Shown here: one piece after another, positions 10,863 through 21,181 of the stretch
How positions within the stretch are numbered: the stretch's first letter is position 1
Layout of the letters: each line of letters starts with the position of its first letter
Assembly: GCF_020885515.1 (NCBI RefSeq)
Contig: NZ_AP024987.1
Span: 600,001-632,000, forward strand
From: a cyanobacterium endosymbiont of Braarudosphaera bigelowii
GTDB taxonomy: Bacteria > Cyanobacteriota > Cyanobacteriia > Cyanobacteriales > Microcystaceae
Reading direction: 5' to 3'
DNA: 32,000 nt
Program-made: the position numbers and the translations under genes
Notes under the pieces: generated by a model
Seen by the model: only the letters and a program-made list of their open reading frames with translations
Database searches by the model: none
Told to the model about the DNA's origin: nothing

Positions 10863-11146
10863 AATTTATATTAATTTTATAATTAATGATCTTAATGAGT
10901 TTTGATTTATTTGAAAAAAAATATAATTAACTAAATCAGAAATACATAACTGAATAAATATAAATCTTATTAAGGAAAGTAGTCCTATTTATAAGTGATA
11001 GTAACTTTTTTTAAATGGTTAACTATATATTTGTTAGTATTTTTATTTTTAGACAGCTAAACTTTAATACAATAAAAGTTATGTACATTATATTAATATT
11101 CCTTAAAACTAAAATACTTTTTTTGTTGTTTAACTAATTTTAAATT

Positions 11147-13768
11147 ATGTCTTTCGTTGGTTTACATATACATAGTGATTATAGTTTACTTGATGGAGCA
11201 TCTCAGTTAGATTCTCTGGTTGATCGTGCTATTGAATTAGGTATGCCTGCAATAGCTTTGACTGATCATGGAGTTATGTATGGAGCGATTGAATTAATTA
11301 AAGTTTGTAAAAGTAAAAATATTAAGCCCATTATTGGAAATGAAATGTATGTCATAAACGGAGATATTAAAGAAAAAAAACGATATAAGAAGTATCATCA
11401 AGTTGTTTTAGCTAAAAATACACAAGGGTATAAAAATTTATCAAAGCTTACTACGATTTCTCACCTTCAAGGAATACAAGGTAAAGGAATTTTTTCACGT
11501 CCTTGTATAAATAAAGAATTATTAGAAAAGTATCACGAAGGATTAATAGTAACTAGTGCTTGTTTAGGAGGAGAAATACCTCAAAAAATCTTAATAGGAG
11601 ATCTTCAAGGTGCAAGAGAAGTAGCTCAATGGTACAAAAAATTGTTTGCGGATGATTTCTACCTGGAAATCCAAGATCATGGTTCTACAGAAGATAGAGT
11701 TGTAAATGTTGTAATTAGTAAAATTGCTCAGGATTTAGATATTAAAATTGTAGCTACTAATGATTCCCACTTTATTTCTTGCTATGATGTTGAAGCACAC
11801 GATGCTTTATTGTGCATTCAAACTGGAAAACTAATTTCTGATGAAAAAAGATTAAGATATAGTGGAACTGAATATTTAAAGTCTACTGATGAGATGAAAT
11901 TACTTTTTCGTGATCATCTTTCTGATGATCTTATAGAAAAAGCAATTAACAATACTCTAGAAGTTGCCAATAAAGTTGATACTTATCATATTTTGGGAGA
12001 GCCACGCATCCCTAATTATCAAGTTCCTGTAGGGTATAACCTTAACAGTTATGTAAGAGAGCTTAGCTTACAAGGATTGTTAGAAAGATTAGAGTGTAAG
12101 TCTATAAAAGAAGTTTCAATAGAATATAAAGAGCGTTTAGAGTATGAATTGAATATGCTTGAAAAAATGGGATTTTCAAGTTATTTTTTAGTAGTTTGGG
12201 ATTATATTAAATATGCAAGAGATAATAAAATTCCTGTAGGTCCAGGAAGAGGATCTGCCGCAGGTTCTTTAGTAGCTTATTCTTTAAAAATTACAAATAT
12301 TGATCCTATTTATCATGGTCTACTTTTTGAAAGATTTTTAAATCCTGAAAGAAAATCTATGCCCGATGTTGATACAGATTTTTGTATTGAAAAACGCGAT
12401 GAAATGATTAAATATGTAACACAAAAATATGGCGAGAAAAATGTTGCCCAAATTATTACATTTAATCGTATGACTTCTAAAGCTGTTTTAAAAGATGTAG
12501 CAAGGGTTTTAAACATTCCATATTCTGAATCAGATAAAATGACTAAAATGATTCCTGTTACAAGGGGTAAACCAGCTAAATTAAAGGTAATGGTTTCCAA
12601 TGAGACTCCTTCTCAAGAATTTAAAGATAAATATGATCAAGATCCAATAGTTAGACGATGGCTAGATATGGCTATTCGTATTGAGGGTACTAATAAGACA
12701 TTTGGAGTTCATGCAGCAGGAGTGGTAATTTCTTCAGAACCTTTGGATGAAATCGTTCCATTGCAAAAAAATAATGATGGAGCCGTAATAACACAGTATT
12801 ACATGGAAGATTTAGAATCATTAGGCCTATTAAAAATGGATTTCTTAGGATTAAGAAATTTAACAACAATCCAACGAACCACGGAACTGATTGAAAAAAG
12901 TCAGAATATTAAATTAGATTTAGATCAGTTACCTATTGATGAAAGGGAATCTTTAAGAATACTGAGTCAAGGAAAAATTACAAAATTGCCTGCTGACATT
13001 GAGAAAACTCATAAATTATTGGAGAGAGGTGACTTAGAAGGCATTTTTCAATTAGAGTCTTCAGGAATGAAGCAAATAGTAAAAGATTTAAAACCGTCAA
13101 GGATAGAAGATATATCTTCTATCCTTGCTTTATATCGTCCTGGACCACTAGATGCAGGGTTGATTCCAAAATTTATTAATCGTAAACATGGCAGAGAAAC
13201 AATTAAATATGAACATGAACTTTTAGAGCCTATTTTAAAAGAAACTTATGCTGTTTTAGTTTATCAGGAGCAAATTATGACGATGGCGCAAAATTTAGCT
13301 GGATATTCTCTTGGGGAAGCAGATCTGTTACGTCGAGCCATGGGTAAGAAAAAGGCATCAGAGATGGAAAAACATCAACAGAATTTTATCAATGGAGCAG
13401 TTGAAAATGGCGTTCCTCAAGCTGTTGCAGAAAATTTGTTTCAACAAATGGTAAAGTTTGCTGAATATTGTCTTAGTTATGATACAAAAGTTCTAACTGT
13501 TGAATATGGACCATTATCTATTGGAAAAGTAGTACAAGAAAATATTAGATGTAGAGTTTATACTACTAATGATCAAGGACTTATCTATACTCAGCCAATT
13601 GCTCAATGGCATAACAGAGGAAAACAAGAAATTTTCGAGTACCATCTCGATGATAAAACAATTATTCGAGCGACTAAAGAACATCAGTTTATGACTGTTG
13701 ACCACGTTATGATGCCTATTGATGAAATTTTTGAACAAGGATTAGAATTAAAAAAAATTAAACTATAA
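11147..13768 (+). CDS. dnaE: DNA polymerase III alpha subunit, N-terminal half fused to a split-intein N-fragment (DnaE-N)
   Basis: 873 aa; PHP domain start [27 protein letters not shown], catalytic [20 protein letters not shown]. The homology ends at KFAEY and is followed directly by the intein sequence and a stop. Confidence 0.97.
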   Translation: MSFVGLHIHSDYSLLDGASQLDSLVDRAIELGMPAIALTDHGVMYGAIELIKVCKSKNIKPIIGNEMYVINGDIKEKKRYKKYHQVVLAKNTQGYKNLSKLTTISHLQGIQGKGIFSRPCINKELLEKYHEGLIVTSACLGGEIPQKILIGDLQGAREVAQWYKKLFADDFYLEIQDHGSTEDRVVNVVISKIAQDLDIKIVATNDSHFISCYDVEAHDALLCIQTGKLISDEKRLRYSGTEYLKSTDEMKLLFRDHLSDDLIEKAINNTLEVANKVDTYHILGEPRIPNYQVPVGYNLNSYVRELSLQGLLERLECKSIKEVSIEYKERLEYELNMLEKMGFSSYFLVVWDYIKYARDNKIPVGPGRGSAAGSLVAYSLKITNIDPIYHGLLFERFLNPERKSMPDVDTDFCIEKRDEMIKYVTQKYGEKNVAQIITFNRMTSKAVLKDVARVLNIPYSESDKMTKMIPVTRGKPAKLKVMVSNETPSQEFKDKYDQDPIVRRWLDMAIRIEGTNKTFGVHAAGVVISSEPLDEIVPLQKNNDGAVITQYYMEDLESLGLLKMDFLGLRNLTTIQRTTELIEKSQNIKLDLDQLPIDERESLRILSQGKITKLPADIEKTHKLLERGDLEGIFQLESSGMKQIVKDLKPSRIEDISSILALYRPGPLDAGLIPKFINRKHGRETIKYEHELLEPILKETYAVLVYQEQIMTMAQNLAGYSLGEADLLRRAMGKKKASEMEKHQQNFINGAVENGVPQAVAENLFQQMVKFAEYCLSYDTKVLTVEYGPLSIGKVVQENIRCRVYTTNDQGLIYTQPIAQWHNRGKQEIFEYHLDDKTIIRATKEHQFMTVDHVMMPIDEIFEQGLELKKIKL
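13469..13765 (+). other. N-terminal fragment of the split DnaE intein (99 aa), cyanobacterial trans-splicing type
   Basis: [99 protein letters not shown] aligns along its length with my recollection of Npu/Ssp DnaE IntN. It has Cys1 at the splice junction after the extein KFAEY and the block B TKEHQF (TxxH). Confidence 0.96.
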
Positions 13769-13807
13769 AAAGAAAATAAACTAGCACCAAAAATGTGGTC
13801 AAGTAAT

Positions 13808-13849
13808 ATGTTTAAAAATATAAATTAATTGTTTTTATATTTTAAACAT
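13808..13849. terminator. hairpin between convergent dnaE-N and prenyl synthase genes; candidate bidirectional terminator
   Basis: atgtttaaaaatataaa ... ttttatattttaaacat, about 16 bp with one bulge, flanked by the 3' ends of two converging genes. Confidence 0.5.
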
Positions 13850-13869
13850 AAGTAACAACTAGATAAATA

Positions 13870-14841
13870 TTAATAAAGCCTGTTTAGCACATAGTTAACA
13901 AGTTCAGTTAGAGATTGAGAAAATGGTGATGGCTTGAGATAGTCTAACTGTTCAATAGCTAATTGAGCATAATAACCTGCTAATTCTTGTGAACGTTTAA
14001 TTCCTTTACTTTCAGTTACTATCGATAAAGCCTTTTCTATATCTTGTTCTTGATTAAACTCTCTTTTAATAAGTTTTGCCAAGTATGGTGTTTCTTCCAT
14101 CGCAAATAAAGCCGGAGCAGTTATATTGCCATTAATCAAGTCTGAGCCTGCAGGTTTTCCCAATATCTTTGTTGGTGAAGTAAAATCGAGAATATCATCA
14201 ACAATTTGGAAAGCTAGTCCTAAACATCTTCCGTAAGTATAAATACTATTAGTAATATCTGGAGAAGAGTTACTTAAAATAGTTGCAGATTTAGCACTAT
14301 TAGCAATTAAGGAGGCTGTTTTATAATAACTTTTATCCAAGTATGAATCTAAAGTTAAACTTGTATCAAAACGTTTAATTCCTTGAGAAATTTCACCTTC
14401 TGCAAAATCACGAATAACTTCAGAAAGTAATTTTACTACTTGTAAATTATCTAAATTAGCTAAATACCAGGAAGATTGAGCGAACAGAAAATCTCCTGCA
14501 AGGACAGCAATTCGATTATCGAAAAGACTATTTACTGTAGGAACATTGCGTCGCAATACTGCTTCATCTACTATGTCATCATGAACTAGACTTGCAGTAT
14601 GAATCATTTCAGTTATTTCTGCAAGTCGACGATGATGAGGAGTAATATCACCTTCTAACATGGTTGCCTTAGAAACTAACAATACAATAGCAGGACGAAT
14701 ATGCTTACCTCCAGCATCAAACAGATGTTCTGCTGCTGCACTAAGGATAGGATGGCGTGTTCCAACTAAACTCTTTAAATTATTTCTTAAAAGGTTTAAA
14801 TCGTCCTCTACGGGAGAAAAGAGAGAATTTTTTGATATCAT
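13870..14841 (-). CDS. sds: polyprenyl (solanesyl-type) diphosphate synthase
   Basis: 323 aa; first Asp-rich motif LVHDDIVDEAVLRR, second FQIVDDILDF, GKHIRPAIVLL. The specific chain length is inferred from cyanobacterial orthologues. Confidence 0.9.
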   Translation of the reverse strand: MISKNSLFSPVEDDLNLLRNNLKSLVGTRHPILSAAAEHLFDAGGKHIRPAIVLLVSKATMLEGDITPHHRRLAEITEMIHTASLVHDDIVDEAVLRRNVPTVNSLFDNRIAVLAGDFLFAQSSWYLANLDNLQVVKLLSEVIRDFAEGEISQGIKRFDTSLTLDSYLDKSYYKTASLIANSAKSATILSNSSPDITNSIYTYGRCLGLAFQIVDDILDFTSPTKILGKPAGSDLINGNITAPALFAMEETPYLAKLIKREFNQEQDIEKALSIVTESKGIKRSQELAGYYAQLAIEQLDYLKPSPFSQSLTELVNYVLNRLY

Positions 14842-15095
14842 ACGGTTAGCTAAACCTGATTATTCAGTCATGAAATTTTACATACCGCTATATTTATTTT
14901 AAGCTAACCTTTCCACACTAGGAAGCCCTGTATTTTTTTTTTGATAAAAATAATATTAAATATTTGAAAAAACTTATCTTAGTTAAGAAAATTATTTACT
15001 AAAGTGCTTTTACAATAATTTACTAATAAAAACTTCAGCAATTTAATTTACATGGAAAGTTATACTATATATAAAGTACCAAAAGCAGTATAAAA

Positions 15096-15947
15096 TTAGT
15101 TTTTTTGGTCCATCTTATTGCTAATTATTAATTCCTGAAGATTTCTACTTAATGAGATAAAATCAACTAAGGGATAATAACCTAACCATTTTTTGGACAG
15201 GTGAGAAAAGTTTTTTGGAGAACCAGTTACTACAAACCTTACACTAAAATAAGAGTTGTTACCTCGTAAGCTCATTATTTCTAATTCTTTCTTTACTGAT
15301 TGAGCTACATAATATGCGGGATCTATTAACTCAATTTTATAAGGAATAATATTTTTAATTATTTCTTCTAAATGTTTATAATGAGTGCAACCATATATAA
15401 GAGTATCAATATTTTTTTCTAATAAAGGATTAATATATTTTTTAAGAGTTTTTTGTGTATGAAAATCATGAATTTTATCACGCTCAATTAGAGGAACAAG
15501 TTCAGGACATCCTATTTGCCATACTTTTATATCAGGATTGATTTCTTGAATGGCTTGGCGATAGGAATCACTTTTAGCAGTTGCAAGAGTTGATATAACT
15601 CCAACACTCCGCCCATATTTTGCAGCTGCTCTGGCTCCAGGTAAAACTACTCCTAAAATTGGAAAACTAAATTCTTTACGAACAGCTTCTAAGGCTAGAG
15701 CAGAACTAGTATTGCAAGCCATAATAGCTATTTTTACTTTACTATGACTCATCCAAGTTAGAATTTCTCTAACAAATTGCAATATTTCAGTTGAAGAACG
15801 GTTTCCATAAGGAAGTCTAGCGTTATCAGCAAAATATAAAATTGATTCCTGAGGTAGTAGTTTATGAATCTCTTGAAAGACAGTTAATCCTCCTACGCCA
15901 CTATCAAAAATTCCAATTGGACAATTATTCACTGTTCTCATCTGCAA
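15096..15947 (-). CDS. murI: glutamate racemase
   Basis: 283 aa; IGIFDSGVGGLTVFQEI, YFADNARLPYGNRS, IMACNTSSALAL, YGCTHYKHLEE. Confidence 0.96.
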   Translation of the reverse strand: MQMRTVNNCPIGIFDSGVGGLTVFQEIHKLLPQESILYFADNARLPYGNRSSTEILQFVREILTWMSHSKVKIAIMACNTSSALALEAVRKEFSFPILGVVLPGARAAAKYGRSVGVISTLATAKSDSYRQAIQEINPDIKVWQIGCPELVPLIERDKIHDFHTQKTLKKYINPLLEKNIDTLIYGCTHYKHLEEIIKNIIPYKIELIDPAYYVAQSVKKELEIMSLRGNNSYFSVRFVVTGSPKNFSHLSKKWLGYYPLVDFISLSRNLQELIISNKMDQKN

Positions 15948-16112
15948 TTATTTTATAAAAAATTCTTTAATGATCAAAAATAGTATTATATTCAAGCAAA
16001 TTATGTTGTGCAAAAGAGAATTATTAAAGTTTTTGTTATTAAGGTTAATTTAAGAGTCCTGATAAAGATATTTTAATATTATTATTTATAATCTTAAAAT
16101 ATTTGTTAACTA

Positions 16113-16142
16113 ACCAACTTCTAGTAAATCAGAGAGGTTGGT
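16113..16142 (-). terminator. candidate intrinsic terminator downstream of the antiporter gene
   Basis: accaacttct-agtaaatcag-agaggttggt: 10-bp stem including one G-T (wobble) position, about 100 nt past the stop of the minus-strand gene at 16249. Confidence 0.4.
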
Positions 16143-16248
16143 ATTTTAAAATTTCTTAGTAAGTGAAATAAATATTTTTTATTTTAATGTGTAGTTAAGA
16201 ATATTAGAATCACACGCCATATCATTTTAGATCTCTTTTGAACTTAGA

Positions 16249-17640
16249 TTAAGTAATCTTTTGTTTTTGAGGAGTGAAAAAAGGTTCTTTTAAAATACTT
16301 CTAAGAAGAAGAGGCGCTAAAAAAGTTGTAAAAATAACCATCACAATAATTGATGCTTCTATAGGTTTAGACAATACACCACTAGCTGAGCCAACGCCTA
16401 CAAAAACTAGACCAACCTCACCCCTAGGAATCATCCCTACACCAATAGCAAGTTTATTAAGTTCAGATTGACCAATAATAGTAAATCCAGAAATAACCTT
16501 CCCTATAACAGCTACAAGTATTAAAAATCCAGCTAAGACTAATCCTTCTCTATTACTGGGATCAGTAGGATTTAGAACACTTAAATCTGTTTTGGCTCCT
16601 ACACATACAAAAAATATAGGAACAAAAATATCAGAGATAGGAGCTATTAAATCTTGAAGTTCTTTACGTTTTTCTGTTTCTGCCAAAACTAATCCTGCAG
16701 CAAAAGAACCAAGTATAGTTTCTAAGTGAATTATTTGAGCTATATAAGATAGTACAAAAGCAAAGCATAAAGATATTAATAAAAGCTGACCTCTGGTTTT
16801 CATCTTATTAACTAACTTAACGTATACTGGGTGTAACAGACGACCTATAAAAATTGCTCCAATTAAAAATACAGCTGCAGTAAGAGATAAATAAACAATA
16901 TTCAGAACTTCAACTTGTCCTGTTTTCATTAAACTTGCTACTACTGCTAAAACAATGATGCCTAAAATATCATCTAAAACAGCTGCTCCGATTATAATTT
17001 GTCCTTCTGGAGAGCTAAGATTACCCAGTTCAGCCAAAACTTTAGCTGTAATTCCAATACTGGTAGCCGTTAATGCTGCACCAGCAAAAATAGAGGGGAT
17101 TATATCAATATGAAATAAGTAAGTTAAACCTAAGGTCCCTAACATAAACGGAGTAACTACACCAGCTACTGCAACCATTACTGACTGAGGACCAACACTA
17201 ATTAATTCTTTTAAATTAGATTCTAAACCAATCTCAAATAAAAGAATAATAACGCCAAGTTCTGAAAGAATTGAGATGATTTCACCTTGAGAATCAAAAA
17301 TAGACTGTATATTTCCAGGAGTGACATCAGCTGTAAATTGCAAAAACTTCATAATTAATGAATTATTTGCAGTATTCATACCTTCTGGAAAAACCAGTAA
17401 TCCTAAAATAGATGTTCCTATTATTACCCCTCCAACTAATTCTCCCAAGACAGGAGGAAGATCGATGCGGGCACAAATTTCACCTCCTAATTTGCTTGCA
17501 AAATAAATTATTACTAGACTAAGCAATATACTAGCTAAAACAAGAGAAGTATCGGCATCTGTATGCTCTGGTATTGTTGCGAATAAAGAAAAATAAAAAT
17601 TGTAATCTATAAAATTTAAAACTGAATTCAATATATCCAT
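16249..17640 (-). CDS. cation:proton antiporter, CPA2 family (NhaS3-like Na+/H+ exchanger)
   Basis: 463 aa, about 12 TM segments; LPPVLGELVGGVIIGTSILG, TSIGITAKVLAELG, GAAVLDDILGIIVLAVV, GMIPRGEVGLVFVGVG. Confidence 0.9.
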   Translation of the reverse strand: MDILNSVLNFIDYNFYFSLFATIPEHTDADTSLVLASILLSLVIIYFASKLGGEICARIDLPPVLGELVGGVIIGTSILGLLVFPEGMNTANNSLIMKFLQFTADVTPGNIQSIFDSQGEIISILSELGVIILLFEIGLESNLKELISVGPQSVMVAVAGVVTPFMLGTLGLTYLFHIDIIPSIFAGAALTATSIGITAKVLAELGNLSSPEGQIIIGAAVLDDILGIIVLAVVASLMKTGQVEVLNIVYLSLTAAVFLIGAIFIGRLLHPVYVKLVNKMKTRGQLLLISLCFAFVLSYIAQIIHLETILGSFAAGLVLAETEKRKELQDLIAPISDIFVPIFFVCVGAKTDLSVLNPTDPSNREGLVLAGFLILVAVIGKVISGFTIIGQSELNKLAIGVGMIPRGEVGLVFVGVGSASGVLSKPIEASIIVMVIFTTFLAPLLLRSILKEPFFTPQKQKIT

Positions 17641-18168
17641 ACAAATCTATGTTTATCTAAAAAATAGCTATATTTGATAATAATCTAAGTAAAATAACTT
17701 TTATATACTTTAAATGCCACCTTAATTTTTAAATATTCAACCGTATGCTAAATATTTAAAATTTGAAAACTTTTTTGTATCTTAAGCTAAAAGCATCATT
17801 GAAGAAATAATATACTATCATTGTATTACCTAATACAAAAAACATATTGAATTAATTTTAAAAATTAATATTTAAAATTACTTATATTCTTGAACAGAGA
17901 AGAAGAAATAAATTTATTTTGCTATTAATATAATATTGTTAACTTTCTTTAATACATTTTAAATTATTTTCCAAGACAGCAAGATAGTAAGACTTTACTT
18001 TTAAGTACCTTACTCTTGATATGAAAAACAGAGGAATTAACAAATAAGCTGGTTAATAACTTACAATTAGTTTATTATGTAGGACTATTGAATTATAAAC
18101 CACAATCATTTTACATAATAACCAGTTCTTATTAAACTAAGGAAAGTATAAAAAAGGTTAAATTCATT

Positions 18169-19212
18169 ATGGCCCTATTACTTGCTGGAGATATCGGCGG
18201 AACCAAAACGATTTTAAGTTTAGTTAACTCAGAAAATGTTCAAAATGGTCAAAAATTACCCCAGCAAAAAAGCTTATATGAAAAAACATATCCTAGTCAA
18301 GAATTTACAGATCTTGTACCAATTGTAAAACACTTTTGTGAAGAGGCGAAACTTCAACTAAATTCAGAAATACTAGTAAAAAATGCTTGTTTTGGGATTG
18401 CCGGCCCAGTAATTAGTAATACCTCAAAGCTAACTAATTTAAATTGGTTTTTAACTAGTAATCGTTTAGAGAAAGAACTTTTTATAGATAAGGTTGATTT
18501 AATTAATGATTTTGTAGCTATTAGCTATGGTATTTTAGGTCTAAAAAATGAAGATCTATATACTTTACAGGATGTTGAACCGAGATCTAAATCTCCTATC
18601 GCTGTTTTAGGAGCAGGTACAGGATTAGGGGAAGGATTTTTAATACCTTCGGAAAATGGAAAGTATTTGGCTTTCCCCTCTGAAGGTTCTCATGCGGATT
18701 TTGCACCACACAATAATTTAGGATTCGAATTATCAACGTATATAAAAGAAAAATACAACTTATCGAGAATATCAGTTGAGAGAGTGGTTTCTGGAATAGG
18801 AATTAGTACAATATACCAGTTCTTACGTCAAAAATACCCTGAAAAAGAAACAGAAACAATGAAGGTAGCTTATCAGGCTTGGGAACTTAAAAAAACTATT
18901 AATATCTCAGCAACTATATCTAAATCTGCAATAGAGGATCATGATTTTTTATGTCAGCAAGCAATGAAACTCTTTATCGAATCCTATGGTTCAGAAGCAG
19001 GCAACCTTGCTTTAAAGTTGTTGCCATATGGCGGATTATACGTTGCAGGAGGAATAGCTGCAAAAATATTACCTTTGATGAAAAGTGAGACTTTTATAGA
19101 TTCGTTTAAATCTAAAGGAAGAATGAGTTCTCTCTTATCTGAAATTCCTGTACATATAATATTAAACCCAAAAGTTGGTTTAATTGGTGCTGCATTACAT
19201 GCAGCACAGTAA
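18169..19212 (+). CDS. glk: glucokinase
   Basis: 347 aa; [62 protein letters not shown]. Confidence 0.93.
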   Translation: MALLLAGDIGGTKTILSLVNSENVQNGQKLPQQKSLYEKTYPSQEFTDLVPIVKHFCEEAKLQLNSEILVKNACFGIAGPVISNTSKLTNLNWFLTSNRLEKELFIDKVDLINDFVAISYGILGLKNEDLYTLQDVEPRSKSPIAVLGAGTGLGEGFLIPSENGKYLAFPSEGSHADFAPHNNLGFELSTYIKEKYNLSRISVERVVSGIGISTIYQFLRQKYPEKETETMKVAYQAWELKKTINISATISKSAIEDHDFLCQQAMKLFIESYGSEAGNLALKLLPYGGLYVAGGIAAKILPLMKSETFIDSFKSKGRMSSLLSEIPVHIILNPKVGLIGAALHAAQ

Positions 19213-19238
19213 AAAATCTAATTTACTTTTCACAATTT

Positions 19239-20366
19239 ATGAGTTATAAGCATACAATTGTTGTTAAAATCGGTACTTCCAATCTCACTCAACCAGAGAC
19301 AAGAAAATTAGTTTTATCAACAATTAATTCTTTAGTTAAAACATTAACTAAGTTAAGACAATCAGGCCATAATATCGTTTTAGTCTCATCAGGAGCTGTT
19401 GGAGTAGGCTGTAGTAGATTAAAGATAAAGAAAACACCTAAAAAAATTTCTTTAAAACAGGCGATCGCTGCAGTAGGACAAGGAAGACTAATGCATGTGT
19501 ATGATGAACTTTTTACTTCAATAGATCAGCCAATAGCACAAATTTTATTAACTCGACGAGAATTAATGGAAAGGAGTTGTTATATAAATGCTAGAAACAC
19601 TTTCAATGCATTATTTAAATTAGGGGTAATTCCCATCGTTAATGAAAATGATACGGTTGCTATTGAAGAGTTAAAGTTTGGTGATAATGATACTCTCTCT
19701 GCTTCAGTTGCAAGTTTAATTAATGCAGATTGGTTGTTTATACTAACGGATGTTGATTATCTTTATTCTGCAGACCCACGTTTATTTCCTGATGCTCAAC
19801 CTATTAGTAATGTTGATAGTATACAATTAGCCAAGCTACAAGTTCAAGCAAATAGTACAGGTTCTCAATGGGGAACAGGAGGAATGTTAACTAAGCTAAC
19901 AGCAGCAAAATTGGCTACTAAAGCAGGAATAACTACAGTTATTACTAATGGGAAATATCCAGAAAACTTGATCAAAATTATTGATGGTGAAGATATTGGA
20001 ACTAAATTTGGTGCATATTTAGATAATGATAATGCTCGTAAACGCTGGATTGCTCATGGTTTATTACCTGTAGGGAAACTTTATCTTGATAAAGAATCAA
20101 TCATAGCAATTTCTCAAAAAGGAAAATCATTATTAGTAGCAGGCGTTATAAAAGTTGAAGGAAACTTTAAATCTTTTGAAGCAGTTAAATTATGTAATGA
20201 AATGGGACAGGAAATTGCAAGGGGAATAGTTAATTACAGTAAACATGAAATTGATAAAATAAATGGAGATCGTTTAGATAACATATCCAAGTTACTAACT
20301 TGTGATAGATATGAGACAATTATACATAAAAATAATTTAGTTATTAGTAAAGTTATTAGACCATAA
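19239..20366 (+). CDS. proB: glutamate 5-kinase (AAK + PUA domains)
   Basis: 375 aa; [77 protein letters not shown]. Confidence 0.95.
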   Translation: MSYKHTIVVKIGTSNLTQPETRKLVLSTINSLVKTLTKLRQSGHNIVLVSSGAVGVGCSRLKIKKTPKKISLKQAIAAVGQGRLMHVYDELFTSIDQPIAQILLTRRELMERSCYINARNTFNALFKLGVIPIVNENDTVAIEELKFGDNDTLSASVASLINADWLFILTDVDYLYSADPRLFPDAQPISNVDSIQLAKLQVQANSTGSQWGTGGMLTKLTAAKLATKAGITTVITNGKYPENLIKIIDGEDIGTKFGAYLDNDNARKRWIAHGLLPVGKLYLDKESIIAISQKGKSLLVAGVIKVEGNFKSFEAVKLCNEMGQEIARGIVNYSKHEIDKINGDRLDNISKLLTCDRYETIIHKNNLVISKVIRP

Positions 20367-20437
20367 TTTATATGTATCTAAATTCTAAAACTTTATTGTT
20401 AGAAATATATATCAACATTTCTAAAAGACTAAAAAGT

Positions 20438-20484
20438 TTTCACAGTTAAGTCTACGAAAAAAATTCGTAGACTTAACTGTGAAA
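20438..20484. terminator. bidirectional terminator hairpin between convergent proB and petE
   Basis: Perfect 21-bp inverted repeat tttcacagttaagtctacgaa / ttcgtagacttaactgtgaaa around a 5-nt A loop; on the minus strand it is followed by ACTTTTTAGTCTTTT. Confidence 0.85.
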
Positions 20485-20502
20485 TTATAATTTCCAGTGT
20501 AA

Positions 20503-20862
20503 TTACTGTACGATAATTTTACCAACCATACCAGCTCCACGATGAGGCTCACAGTAATAAGTATATTCTCCAGCTTCATTGAAAGTACTTTCAAATGATT
20601 CTCCAGGAGAAAACAGTAATCCTTTATGAGAATATTCTGAAGAGTTTTCAAATACAACATTGTGGGGAGCTAATTTATTATTGATCCATTTAACAGTATC
20701 TCCTGATTTAATGGTTACTGTTTTTGGCTGAAATCCTAGCATTCCAGAATCGGTTCCCATTTTTACCTCAAAAGTCTTAGCTGCAGCAGGGCTAGCCGCA
20801 ACGAAAAAACTAGAAATAACTAGGCAAAATGCAGCAATAAGCAATCCTAATTTCTTTAGCAT
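20503..20862 (-). CDS. petE: plastocyanin precursor
   Basis: 119 aa with signal peptide (...[15 protein letters not shown]); copper ligands in APHNVVF and [11 protein letters not shown]. Confidence 0.97.
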   Translation of the reverse strand: MLKKLGLLIAAFCLVISSFFVAASPAAAKTFEVKMGTDSGMLGFQPKTVTIKSGDTVKWINNKLAPHNVVFENSSEYSHKGLLFSPGESFESTFNEAGEYTYYCEPHRGAGMVGKIIVQ

Positions 20863-21102
20863 ATTATTGTTCCTACCAGTGTCTTAATTAAAAGAAGAAT
20901 TAACGTAACTCTTTCGGTTATACATCTTACTATAAAGCTAATAATGAAGTTTGACAACCTGTCTTTGGACAAAAGTTAATATTTTTGCTTCATTCTAATG
21001 AATATACTATTGAGTAACATATTCATAAAAAAATATAAAATTATTATCAGATGATTTTTATTGACTGACACTTAAGAAAATATCATTAAACCTAATATAT
21101 TG

Positions 21103-21157
21103 AAACTTTATTAATACGATGGTTCATGAGTATCGAACTACCATATTAATAAAGTTT
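21103..21157 (-). terminator. hairpin 25 nt downstream of typA; candidate terminator
   Basis: Perfect 14-bp arms aaactttattaata / tattaataaagttt with a further partial stem (atggt/accat) inside. Confidence 0.6.
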
Positions 21158-21181
21158 AATTCTTCAAATTAGTTTACAAAA

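Noticed and set aside
12313-12600. Minus-strand ORFs within dnaE (95 aa here, and 74 aa at 13514..13738)
   Set aside because: Both are antisense shadows of conserved DnaE/intein coding sequence.
14660-14902. Plus-strand 80-aa ORF
   Set aside because: Antisense of the prenyl diphosphate synthase N-terminus.
16274-16471. Plus-strand ORFs antisense to the antiporter (also 17321..17506)
   Set aside because: Low-complexity shadows of transmembrane codons; no start context or family match.
17641-18168. 528-bp intergenic region between the divergent antiporter and glk genes, including distant ctggtta/taaccag pairs
   Set aside because: Divergent promoters explain its presence; the repeats are short, far apart and of the quality expected by chance in AT-rich DNA.
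20421-20660. Minus-strand 79-aa ORF
   Set aside because: Overlaps petE in another frame and runs through the terminator hairpin; petE is unambiguous.
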